64,000 nt of DNA from Desulfurococcaceae archaeon. Its GTDB lineage: Archaea > Thermoproteota > Thermoprotei_A > Sulfolobales > NBVN01. Shown here piece by piece: positions 47,848-56,034 of the stretch. Under the pieces are notes generated by a model. That model saw only the letters and a list, made by a program, of their open reading frames with translations, searched no databases and had not been told where the DNA came from. Position numbers and translations under genes: made by a program. Where the stretch lies: positions 10,516 to 74,515 of the forward strand of contig JAJHQJ010000001.1 in the NCBI GenBank assembly GCA_020833415.1, read 5' to 3'. Within the stretch, counting starts at the first letter, position 1; each line of letters starts with the position of its first letter.

Positions 47848-47863
47848 CCGCCCTCTAGGGCGG
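47848..47863. repeat. CCGCCC-TCTA-GGGCGG hairpin repeat
   Basis: Perfect 6-bp stem, 8 nt beyond the stop of the minus-strand yjbQ-like gene. Confidence 0.5.
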
Positions 47864-47870
47864 AGAGCCG

Positions 47871-48314
47871 TCAGCCACACCCTACGACTTCAACTACCAA
47901 GGTCCTACTTCGCGGTCCGTCGAACTCGAGCAACAGTACCTCCTGCCAGGTACCTCTAACTAAGAGCCCTTCCGAAACTGGTAGGACCCTAGACTGCCCT
48001 ATAAAGGCCGATGCTAGGTGTGCGTGGGCATTACTGTCTATCTCATCATGCTTCCAACCGCCTCCAGGGGGTATCACCCTCTTAATCCAGGTGATATAGT
48101 CCTCTACAATCCTAGGCTCGTACTCATTTAAGATAACGGCAGCAGTTGCGTGGGGTATGAATACTAGTGCAAAGCCCTCACGAATACCAGATTCACGCAC
48201 AGCCTCTTCTACAACCTCCGTTACCCTAATAACGTCGAACTTTCTCTTCGTTTGAACGTGGAGCGTTTTCCTAAAAGTCCTGCAACCCCCCTCCAAGGCG
48301 GGTCCCAGACTCAC
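47871..48314 (-). CDS. YjbQ/UPF0047 family protein (secondary thiamine-phosphate synthase-like)
   Basis: IPHATAAVILNEYEP ... DSNAHAHL ... GTWQEVLLLEFDGPR. Confidence 0.8.
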   Translation of the reverse strand: MSLGPALEGGCRTFRKTLHVQTKRKFDVIRVTEVVEEAVRESGIREGFALVFIPHATAAVILNEYEPRIVEDYITWIKRVIPPGGGWKHDEIDSNAHAHLASAFIGQSRVLPVSEGLLVRGTWQEVLLLEFDGPRSRTLVVEVVGCG

Positions 48315-48406
48315 TCCTAAGCTGGGGCTTTAAGCTATAACCGGGAACTCGCAGCACGTTGCGACACCGCCTAAACGTATTAGCTCACGAACCGAAGGAT
48401 TTCGTA

Positions 48407-48418
48407 AAACTTAAAAAG
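48407..48418 (+). promoter_or_regulatory. A-box/TATA (AAACTTAAAAAG) for 5S rRNA
   Basis: Ends 21 nt upstream of the 5S 5' end. Confidence 0.5.
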
Positions 48419-48438
48419 CTCTCTGCAAAGATTGAAGA

Positions 48439-48569
48439 GGCGGCGGGTCCCGACCATAGCGGTCGGGCAACACCCGGACTCGTCAGATCCCGGAAGTTAA
48501 GCCGGCCGCGTTGAGGGAGCAGTGAGGTCCGCGAGGCCTCGCAGCTCCCTCAAGTTGGGATCCGCCGCC
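48439..48569 (+). rRNA. rrf: 5S ribosomal RNA
   Basis: Terminal helix GGCGGCGGG/TCCGCCGCC. Conserved core CAACACCCGGACTCGT..ATCCCGGAAGTTAAGCC as in crenarchaeal 5S. Followed by a T-run (48577-48580). Confidence 0.9.
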
Positions 48570-48610
48570 GATCTAGTTTTATGCGGGCTACACCTACCTT
48601 ATTTGCTTAG

Positions 48611-49435
48611 GTGGTATACGTACTCTTGGAGACTATGGAGGTGGAAATCGAGATACCGAGGTCCCACCCAAGGTACGAGTCGCTGGTAATCAGGGAAAGG
48701 TTAGTTAGAGGGTTTAAGGAGGGGTATGTAGTGGCTCAAGGGCTGATCGCCCACGGTAGGGGGGAGTGCTTCGACTACATAATAGGTGAGAGGACCATAG
48801 AACCCGCGCTGAAGGCTATTGAAGCTGCTGCCGCAGCTCTACTCCTAGCGAAGTACCCCGTAATATCCGTAAACGGTAACGTAGCAGCTCTAGTAGCTGA
48901 GGAAGTGGTAAGGTTAGCTAAGAAGGTTAACGCTAAGATCGAGGTTAACCTCTTTTACAGAACCGAGGAGCGTGTTAGGAGGATCGCGGAGGTTCTTAGA
49001 GGATGCGGTGCTGACGAAGTTTTAGGGGTTGATGACGCCGTAGCAACCATACCGGAACTCTTTAGCGAGAGGAGGAGGGTTAGTCCGAGAGGTATATACG
49101 CAGCTGACGTAGTTCTAGTAGCTTTAGAGGATGGCGATAGAACCGAGGCCCTTAGGAAGATGGGTAAGACCGTGATAGCCATAGATCTGAACCCCCTATC
49201 GAGAACATCTCTAGCAGCTTCCATAACGATAGTTGATAACGTCGTTAGGGCCTTACCTAAGATCAGTGAAGCTGTAGATAAGTTAAGGGGCAAGCCTAGA
49301 GCTGAACTGGAGGTTATACTGAGGAACTATAACAACGCTAAAGTGCTAGCTGAAGTATTACTCCACATTGATAGGAGGTTTAGGGAACTAGCTGAAGGGG
49401 TCAATAAGTTGGTGTGGTCGGCCGGGGGACCCTGA
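48611..49435 (+). CDS. 4-phosphopantoate--beta-alanine ligase (archaeal phosphopantothenate synthetase, COG1701)
   Basis: [13 protein letters not shown] ... [18 protein letters not shown]-terminal signature. Confidence 0.7.
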   Translation: MVYVLLETMEVEIEIPRSHPRYESLVIRERLVRGFKEGYVVAQGLIAHGRGECFDYIIGERTIEPALKAIEAAAAALLLAKYPVISVNGNVAALVAEEVVRLAKKVNAKIEVNLFYRTEERVRRIAEVLRGCGADEVLGVDDAVATIPELFSERRRVSPRGIYAADVVLVALEDGDRTEALRKMGKTVIAIDLNPLSRTSLAASITIVDNVVRALPKISEAVDKLRGKPRAELEVILRNYNNAKVLAEVLLHIDRRFRELAEGVNKLVWSAGGP

Positions 49436-49515
49436 ATCATTCCGCCGCCTCCGCGGCTGTCCTCAGGGCCTGACCATGGAGGTTATACCTGAAGAGCTAA
49501 TAAGTGTGATCCCGC

Positions 49516-49830
49516 GTGGAGGAAGGCTTCGCCAAGGTTATAGGCTTAGACTTAGCTAGGTTAGACCTAGGGGACGTGGAGAAACTCGCGGAGGACTTGG
49601 AGAAGGATCTCTACGAAGAACTTGAGAAGAGAGGTTTTACCAGACTCGATGTTCAAATAGGGATAGATATTAGAGTTCGGGAAGCTCTCCTAGTAGCTAT
49701 TGATATAACCGTAAACAGCTCTGTACCTCTAGGACCTGAGGTGTTGGCTCAGCTAGACGAGGCTATAGATAGAGCCTTAGCTAGGTTCGAAGAACGCCTA
49801 TCAGCCGATTACTCAACTAAAAAACCCTAG
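49516..49830 (+). CDS. small acidic hypothetical protein
   Basis: 104-aa ORF with a GTG start. No motif recognised. Confidence 0.35.
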   Translation: MEEGFAKVIGLDLARLDLGDVEKLAEDLEKDLYEELEKRGFTRLDVQIGIDIRVREALLVAIDITVNSSVPLGPEVLAQLDEAIDRALARFEERLSADYSTKKP

Positions 49831-49864
49831 CTTCGGGGACCTTCGTAAGCACCTCAGGTGAGCT

Positions 49865-50341
49865 CTAGAGCTCCCTAGCCATTAGGTAGGCATCCTCCCC
49901 GTCTAGGTAGTATCCCCTTAGAACTTTAACTTTCTTAAAGCCGAGTTTTTCGTAAAGTCTTATAGCTGGTTCGTTACTTACCCTCACCTCTAGGTAGACC
50001 TCAGCAGCCCCGTACTTGTTCTTCATGGAGTCCATAGCCCTCAACATGAGGGCCGTTGCTATACCTCTCCTCCGGTACTCGGGTAGTACGGCTATGCTAA
50101 CTACATGACCCTGCTTTACAATTCCCCTCTTAATGTGTCCTATTCCCATCTCCATCCTACACATGTTGTAGCCTACTATTTTCCCCCCAACCACGGCTAC
50201 TAGGAATATATCCCTCCAGAGCTCGTAGTGCTCATACCAGAAGAAGTACGGGTAGTGCTCGGGTAACGTCACCTCGTTTATAGTTATAACAGCTCTCAAC
50301 TCCTCCTCCGAGGCTATGGGCCTCACCTCAAAGCTCTCCAT
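49865..50341 (-). CDS. GNAT N-acetyltransferase (RimI / Ard1-like)
   Basis: Acetyl-CoA motif A LPEYRRRGIATALM; 158 aa. Confidence 0.8.
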   Translation of the reverse strand: MESFEVRPIASEEELRAVITINEVTLPEHYPYFFWYEHYELWRDIFLVAVVGGKIVGYNMCRMEMGIGHIKRGIVKQGHVVSIAVLPEYRRRGIATALMLRAMDSMKNKYGAAEVYLEVRVSNEPAIRLYEKLGFKKVKVLRGYYLDGEDAYLMAREL

Positions 50342-50402
50342 TGGTACCCCCCGCAGCTAACTCCACTTCAGTCTGTAGACCCCCACCCTAGAGGGGGAGG
50401 GA

Positions 50403-51098
50403 TTAAATTAAGTAAGCGTGCTCTATTATGTAGTAGCCTACGTACATATTTGGGTAAACAACTTTCCTAGCCTTACTCAACGCCACAGACGTACCCCTGA
50501 AGAGGGGGGACCTTATTACGAAGGTCTCGAACTCCCCGCCCTCACCTACTGGACTGACGCCACACTCCCTATAGGCTTTAAGTAAGCTCCTAAAAACCTC
50601 CTCGGTACGTGGGTTTCCGAGAATTCCGTAGTCAAGGCAGTAAGCCTGTACCGCAGTCACTATGAAGCCCAGCTCCTCAGACTCCCTCCGCAGTAATATC
50701 AGCTCATCAGCACCCCAAAGGGGTGCTATCAGCCTCAAGCCCAGCTCCTCGGAGAGCTCTTTAAATTTCTCAAGCTGATACCTAGACCTAACAGCACCGG
50801 TTATCAGGTAATCCACATCGGGGTAGAGGCTGAGTACCCTCGAGAGCCCTCTCTTAAACTCATTGAGTTCCCTATCCTTTCTTCCACTCACCTCTATGAG
50901 GAATGAGGGGATACCCATAGCCTCTCCATGAAGCTTGCACCACGATACGTTAACCCCGTGGAATAGCCAGGAGTCCTCTCTTAGGGGTGCTGCTGTTACC
51001 AGTACGTACGGTATGATACCGTTTCGGTAAGAGAGTACTAAGGAGTAGTGTGAATCCTTACCACCGCTGTAGAGGGCCAATGCCTTCGCCAACCCCAC
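50403..51098 (-). CDS. PP-loop ATP pyrophosphatase, diphthine--ammonia ligase (Dph6 / MJ0570)-like
   Basis: N-terminal ALYSGGKDS PP-loop; 231 aa. Confidence 0.7.
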   Translation of the reverse strand: MGLAKALALYSGGKDSHYSLVLSYRNGIIPYVLVTAAPLREDSWLFHGVNVSWCKLHGEAMGIPSFLIEVSGRKDRELNEFKRGLSRVLSLYPDVDYLITGAVRSRYQLEKFKELSEELGLRLIAPLWGADELILLRRESEELGFIVTAVQAYCLDYGILGNPRTEEVFRSLLKAYRECGVSPVGEGGEFETFVIRSPLFRGTSVALSKARKVVYPNMYVGYYIIEHAYLI

Positions 51099-51210
51099 CC
51101 AGACCCCGTACTCTCGGGCACTCTATATCCTAGCACTCAGTAGTCTTTTAAACCTTCTGTTAGCTGGACATTATTTAGGCTCGATACTAGAGACACCTCT
51201 GGCTGAGGTC

Positions 51211-51792
51211 ATGGAGAGTAGGTTACTGGAGGAGCTATGCGAGGTCATGAGGTACGCCTACGTTAGAGGACTGATATCAGCCTTGACAGGTAACGCTAGC
51301 GTGCGATTAGGTCCTGACCAGATTGCTATAACGCCTACTGGTAAACCGAAGTTTCTTCTGAGACCTGAGGACATCTCAATTGTTAGACTAAGCGGTGAGG
51401 CCGTAAGGGGTCCGAAACCCTCGTCCGAGGTTGTTATGCATTTAGAGATATACAGAGTGTGCGGTAGTTGTAGTGCAGTAGTCCATGTCCATGGCGTAGT
51501 GGCGCCGGTACTGGCAGGTATGGTTGAGCCATACATAGACTCGGAGCTTAAGGTGTACGGTGCCTCTCCCTGCTATGTTGACGAACTCCCTCCTAGCTCT
51601 AGGGAGCTTGCAGAGGCCGTTAGGGTAGCTGTAGCAGGGGGATGTAGGGTCATAGTACTAAGGAACCACGGATTAGTTGGTGTTGGAAGGAACCTCTGGG
51701 AGGCTCTTGAGTTAGTCGAAGCGGTCGAGAACTCGTTTAAAAGAAGCTTAGCTCTCTATTTAGTGAAAACTTGTGGAAGATCTAAGGATTAG
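51211..51792 (+). CDS. class II aldolase / adducin-domain protein
   Basis: SGNASVR-type N-terminus (TGNASVRL), SSEVVMHLEIY, VVHVHG metal-ligand histidines. Confidence 0.7.
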   Translation: MESRLLEELCEVMRYAYVRGLISALTGNASVRLGPDQIAITPTGKPKFLLRPEDISIVRLSGEAVRGPKPSSEVVMHLEIYRVCGSCSAVVHVHGVVAPVLAGMVEPYIDSELKVYGASPCYVDELPPSSRELAEAVRVAVAGGCRVIVLRNHGLVGVGRNLWEALELVEAVENSFKRSLALYLVKTCGRSKD

Positions 51793-51911
51793 CTCAGGAG
51801 GTAGGGTTGCACACTCCTAGCTCGAGAGCTATCTTAGCGAGCACCTCCCTAGCTTCAGCTTTGCAGTATAGCTTTAAAGAGCCGGTTTAACTGTGTCTAC
51901 GGTGAGTCTAG

Positions 51912-52175
51912 GTGGTTAAGGCTAGGAAGAGGAAGCTTCCAGGTATCTACATGTTGCTAACCTTAGTAGCTATTGCTACGGCTCTGGGGTTTTACGGTAA
52001 TAAGGTAGTCGTACAACCTAGTGGAACTACTACGACGTCGCCAACAACTACCCCAGTTTCTACTGAAACAGCATCGCAGGTAACCACAGCACTACCTCTA
52101 ACTAATGAAACAGTATCAGTAACTCCCATTACTAAGACCCCCACTACCAACGTGACAGCCTCCAGAACCGGTTAG
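51912..52175 (+). CDS. small membrane-anchored Thr/Ser-rich protein
   Basis: Basic N-terminus, one TM (IYMLLTLVAIATALGF), then a Thr/Pro/Ser-rich tail. Confidence 0.4.
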   Translation: MVKARKRKLPGIYMLLTLVAIATALGFYGNKVVVQPSGTTTTSPTTTPVSTETASQVTTALPLTNETVSVTPITKTPTTNVTASRTG

Positions 52176-52231
52176 TTATAGAGTTAGCAAGGGTTATAAT
52201 GCGGTCTCGTAAATGTCAGCGGGTGGTGTAG

Positions 52232-52735
52232 TTGAGGGTTCTGTGGGCACCTTGGAGGATGGAGTACATCTCGAGGTGGTCGGGTGAGAGAGGTAAGCAG
52301 GAGTGTATATTCTGCATTGCAGCATCCTCCAGTAGAGATGAGGATAACCTAGTGATAGCTAGGAGTGAGCACGGTATAGCTATCCTAAACGCCTTCCCGT
52401 ATAATACGGCGCACGTAATGGTAGCACCTAGGAGGCACGTACCGAGGATTGAGATGCTCGAGGAGTATGAGGTAGTGGACCTCTTCAAGCTTGTTAAGAC
52501 TGTTATAAGAGCTATAGATGAGGAGTACAGACCCGAGGGTTACAATATAGGGTTAAACATAGGTAGAGTAGCAGGAGCAGGTGTAGAATCCCACCTACAT
52601 ATCCACATAGTACCTAGGTGGTCTGGCGATACGAACTTCATGCCCATCATAGCCGAGACGAAGGTAATACCGGAGGACCTTAGAACCACCCTTAAGAGAC
52701 TTAAGAATAAATTGGCGACTTCTTCCCCTCAATAA
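52232..52735 (+). CDS. HIT-family nucleotide hydrolase/transferase
   Basis: Histidine triad HLHIHIVPRW. N-terminal LWAPWRMEYI. Confidence 0.8.
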   Translation: MRVLWAPWRMEYISRWSGERGKQECIFCIAASSSRDEDNLVIARSEHGIAILNAFPYNTAHVMVAPRRHVPRIEMLEEYEVVDLFKLVKTVIRAIDEEYRPEGYNIGLNIGRVAGAGVESHLHIHIVPRWSGDTNFMPIIAETKVIPEDLRTTLKRLKNKLATSSPQ

Positions 52736-52755
52736 ACGGGACCTCCTCGGTCGCG

Positions 52756-52784
52756 ACCTTGAAGCTAGCCCTGCTCTTCAAGGT
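52756..52784. terminator. perfect 9-bp hairpin (ACCTTGAAG ... CTTCAAGGT) 20 nt after the HIT gene stop
   Basis: Stem 52756-52764 / 52776-52784 with an 11-nt loop. Function is inferred only. Confidence 0.25.
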
Positions 52785-52888
52785 TAAGGGCCCTAGGAGA
52801 GCTTATTACTCGTACTGAGAATATTCTTGGGGGTAGTAAGGTAGTCGGGGTCTCAGTATTCGTAGTTGACCCCAGGCTTTCGCTAAAC

Positions 52889-53503
52889 GTGGTTAGACTC
52901 TTAAGGGAGTTTGGTATATCCTTTAGAGTTCCCAGATCCTTGGAGGAGATCTGCTATAGGGAGGAGGTAGTGCTTCTAGACCATGAGGGGTTGAGGTATC
53001 TTAATGAGTCTTCTAGAAGTGCTCAGCTAACTAACTGCAGGGTAATTCACGTAGATAGGGATAATCTTAGCGAAATCGTTCGAGAGCTCATCGGGGACTT
53101 AAAAGTAGTATCACTGGGGGTAGACCTAGGTAGGAGAGCTGCGTATGCTGTTCTCGTAGGGGGGAGGCTAGTTAAATACGGTCACGTAGATAGTATTAGC
53201 GATATACGTAAGGTAATCGAAGAGATCGCTTTGCTTAACCCTGGAGTACTACTTCTTGGCATAGGTATGGAGTTCTCTAAGAGCATCCCAGACGAGGTGC
53301 TAGAGCTCTTAGAGAGTAGAGAGGTTACGAGAGCCTACCTAGTAGAGGAGGTTCACAGTAATAGTAGGAGTGACGCGGAGGTTAGACTACCTACGTCAGA
53401 CCTAGCAAAGCTACCTAAAGACATTCGTGCGGCAGCGGTAATCGCGAGCAGAGTTTACGAGAAGTACCTACGCCTCCATGAAACTGCTTTGGTTTTCATA
53501 TAG
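52889..53503 (+). CDS. hypothetical protein with RNase H-fold (RuvC/YqgF-like) C-terminal half
   Basis: VSLGVDLGRRAAYAVLVGG ... DIRAAAVIASRVYEKY parallels GIDPGIEVGIAAIDLNG ... IRDALAAALEAYRY of the DUF460 protein at 4423-6462. Confidence 0.4.
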   Translation: MVRLLREFGISFRVPRSLEEICYREEVVLLDHEGLRYLNESSRSAQLTNCRVIHVDRDNLSEIVRELIGDLKVVSLGVDLGRRAAYAVLVGGRLVKYGHVDSISDIRKVIEEIALLNPGVLLLGIGMEFSKSIPDEVLELLESREVTRAYLVEEVHSNSRSDAEVRLPTSDLAKLPKDIRAAAVIASRVYEKYLRLHETALVFI

Positions 53504-53504
53504 G

Positions 53505-53512
53505 TTTATAAG
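53505..53512 (+). promoter_or_regulatory. TATA box (TTTATAAG) of tnpA, copy 2
   Basis: 33 nt upstream of GTG 53545. Identical octamer to copy 1. Confidence 0.45.
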
Positions 53513-53594
53513 GGTTGATGTTATTCTTTTATTTGGGAGTGGAGGTGCTGAGACCTAAGGAGGTTTGTGAGAGCTCGGCATCAGTTATACTACT

Positions 53595-54146
53595 TTGAGG
53601 GACTATGTTAGGAGGGGCTACATAAAGCCTGTGCTGACGCCGGGTGGTAGGTGGAGGTTTAGGGAGGAGGATGTTGAGAGATTAGTTGGTGTGGTTAGGC
53701 AGAGGAGGGTGGTGCTCTACGCTAGAGTATCATCTAGTAGCCAGAGAAACGACTTGGAGAGGCAGGTTAGAGCACTAGAGGAGTGGGCTAGAAGCAACAA
53801 TATAGTAGATTACGAGGTGGTGACAGATGTTGGAAGCGGGCTAAACGAGGATAGGAAGGGATTCAAGAGGATACTGAAGCTTGTTATTGGGAGGAAGATA
53901 TCGAGGATTGTTGTTGCATATCCAGATAGACTGACGAGGTTTGGCTTCAAAACGATTGAAGAGTTGCTGAGAGCTTTCGGGGTGGAAGTAGTTGTCTTAA
54001 ACCACGAGGACAAGGATCCTAGGGAGGAGCTCGTGGAAGACCTAATCACAATAATATCCCACTTCGCAGGAAAGCTATACGGCATGAGGAGCCATAAGTA
54101 CGAGAAGGTGGTCGAAGGTGCAAGGAAGCTCATTGAAGACCCTTAA
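53595..54146 (+). CDS. tnpA: IS607-family serine recombinase with N-terminal HTH interrupted by a 1-nt deletion (original start GTG 53545)
   Basis: YARVSSSSQRNDLERQ catalytic motif is intact. GTG 53545 opens VLRPKEVCE, then shifts frame near 53569-53573 relative to copy 1 (LLRPKEVCRRLGISYSTL). Confidence 0.75.
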   Translation: MRDYVRRGYIKPVLTPGGRWRFREEDVERLVGVVRQRRVVLYARVSSSSQRNDLERQVRALEEWARSNNIVDYEVVTDVGSGLNEDRKGFKRILKLVIGRKISRIVVAYPDRLTRFGFKTIEELLRAFGVEVVVLNHEDKDPREELVEDLITIISHFAGKLYGMRSHKYEKVVEGARKLIEDP

Positions 54147-55452
54147 ACAGGTCAGAATGTACTCGATACCGGTGGGCGATCCAAGGGTTAGCGAGCTAAT
54201 AACATGGTATTTGAGGGTTCTGCAGAGGGCGATAGACGTTATCTGGGAGAACATTGAGTGGAGGTATAAGTTCCCTAGAATAGAGAGGAGGAAAGGGAGG
54301 CAAGTAGTAGTTATCCCCGGTAAGCTCAAAGTCCCAGAGCTACCGAAGAGTAGAGCCTTCAAGAAGAGGCTACGTGACAAGCTCCTACTAGACTGCCCAT
54401 ACGCTAGGCACTGGGTTGACGCTGTTATTAGGACAGCGTACTCCATAATGGAGTCCTGGAGGAAGAGGTACCTTAAGGGAAGAGCTAGGAAGGTCAAGCC
54501 GGGAGTTAGGAGGAGGTTCGCTAGGTGTAAGATAACCCTGATGAAGGTGGATTATGAGGAGAAGAAAATCAGGATCGCGGTTAAGCCAGGAGAGTATATA
54601 GAGGTGTCCTGGAGTAGTAGGTGGTTCACCAAGAGGCTTGAGGGCTGGAGGGTTGGAGAAGTTATATTAAAAGATGACAGGATACTAATACCGTTCAAGT
54701 CCACGAGGGTTATAGAGGTGAGGGACGTTGTTGCATGGGACTCTAATGAACTATCGCTCGATGGGTTCTCGCCTGGGGTAGGCTTCATCAGGGTTGACTT
54801 AAAGCCTTTGCAGAGCATGAAGATCACGTACGAGAGGAAGAAGAGGGTAGCTCAGAGCAAGGGTTTGAAGGACATCTATGAGAAGTACGTCGCTAGAGAG
54901 CGTAATAGGGAGAGGGATTTCATAAATAAATTGACAAGCGGGCTAACCAGGTTACTTCTAAACACTATCCACGTCTTCGAGAATTTAGATAAGGAGGATC
55001 TCGTTAGTAAGAAGAGGGTTGAGAAGGTTAGGAGGAAGAGGAATGCTAGAACACCGTGGATAAATATTCAAAAGAAGATCTCTGAGAAAGCAATTATAAT
55101 CAAAGTATCTCCGGAAAATACGTCCCGCACCTGCCCACGATGTGGGTATGTTGTGAAGACCCGAGTGGGTAGGGTATTCAAGTGCCCCAGGTGCGGCTTT
55201 GAGCTAGATAGGCAGAAGCTAGCATCAGTAAACATATACCTAAAGTACATCAAGATGCGGGGGTTTCCCCACAGCTATGAACCGGAGAGAACGATGATGG
55301 AGGAGCTGTGGGTCGGGGTCACCCTAAGCGGGTGGAGCCCAGTGATGTGGATCCCGATGAAAGGGATCCTGAGGGCGGTGAAGCCAAGGGTAGAGGGCTT
55401 GGTATTGTTTGATACCAAGCCCTATGAAACCCGAACCCCTCAGTACAACTAG
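54118..55452 (+). CDS. tnpB: TnpB (OrfB, IS1341-type RNA-guided nuclease family)
   Basis: RuvC-I VVAWDSNE, RuvC-II HVFENL, Zn finger CPRCG...CPRCGFELDRQ (RuvC-III). Confidence 0.85.
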   Translation: MQGSSLKTLKQVRMYSIPVGDPRVSELITWYLRVLQRAIDVIWENIEWRYKFPRIERRKGRQVVVIPGKLKVPELPKSRAFKKRLRDKLLLDCPYARHWVDAVIRTAYSIMESWRKRYLKGRARKVKPGVRRRFARCKITLMKVDYEEKKIRIAVKPGEYIEVSWSSRWFTKRLEGWRVGEVILKDDRILIPFKSTRVIEVRDVVAWDSNELSLDGFSPGVGFIRVDLKPLQSMKITYERKKRVAQSKGLKDIYEKYVARERNRERDFINKLTSGLTRLLLNTIHVFENLDKEDLVSKKRVEKVRRKRNARTPWINIQKKISEKAIIIKVSPENTSRTCPRCGYVVKTRVGRVFKCPRCGFELDRQKLASVNIYLKYIKMRGFPHSYEPERTMMEELWVGVTLSGWSPVMWIPMKGILRAVKPRVEGLVLFDTKPYETRTPQYN

Positions 55453-55466
55453 GGAATAGGTAGCTC

Positions 55467-55931
55467 CTAAATTGTGATAGCTCTACAGACCTCCTTAGTC
55501 TTCCTGATGTAGTATGTGAGTAGAGCTGTAGATAGGGTTAGGGAGAGGGCAAAGGTAAATAACACTACGTGAAGCCTCCCAGAGGGTATCGTAGCTGCGG
55601 AGACCACGGTAGATACGGCGAGAGAGCTCAGGAGTTTAAAGCTGTTGAAGTGTCGCGGCAGTGCGCCGCTTATGAGCATTGAGTAGAAGAGCTGTACATA
55701 GGTCTGCTTACCGTACTCGATTACCGTTAGCCCGGCTAGAGCAGCAAGGCAGGGTATCAGTTCAGTAGCCGTTGCGGTCTGAACTATTAGCGAGAGCAGG
55801 GCTATCGGAATGGATACTAGAGGTAGGAGTACGTGTGCAGACGTACCCCTAAGTACCCGGAGCACAACGTAGGACGTTTCCCTTAACTCGATGTACCCCA
55901 AACTACCCTCATTACGTGGTACGATGACCAA
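55467..55931 (-). CDS. small polytopic membrane protein
   Basis: 154 aa, about 4 TM segments. Its stop lies 5 nt from the IS copy 2 right boundary. Confidence 0.4.
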   Translation of the reverse strand: MVIVPRNEGSLGYIELRETSYVVLRVLRGTSAHVLLPLVSIPIALLSLIVQTATATELIPCLAALAGLTVIEYGKQTYVQLFYSMLISGALPRHFNSFKLLSSLAVSTVVSAATIPSGRLHVVLFTFALSLTLSTALLTYYIRKTKEVCRAITI

Positions 55932-56034
55932 CTATAAAAGCACTAAAGATTAAGTATCTACACACGTCAGTGCGATTCCACTGCTACAGTACGCTGGGGT
56001 GCCTCTAAGGTCTTTACCTTTCAGGTACCTAGAG

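Larger units (their letters stand above)
53500..55461 (+). mobile_element. IS607-type insertion sequence, copy 2 (diverged from copy 1)
   Basis: A tnpA plus tnpB pair with 6-bp ATAGGT at both sides (53500-53505, 55456-55461; weak boundary evidence). Same TATA octamer and GTTGATGTT motif near the left end as copy 1. Confidence 0.65.

Noticed and set aside
47650-47870. CRISPR array formed by the GC-rich hairpin repeats
   Set aside because: The repeats are not regularly spaced, vary in sequence, and occur singly or in pairs at scattered loci. No cas genes or leader are present.
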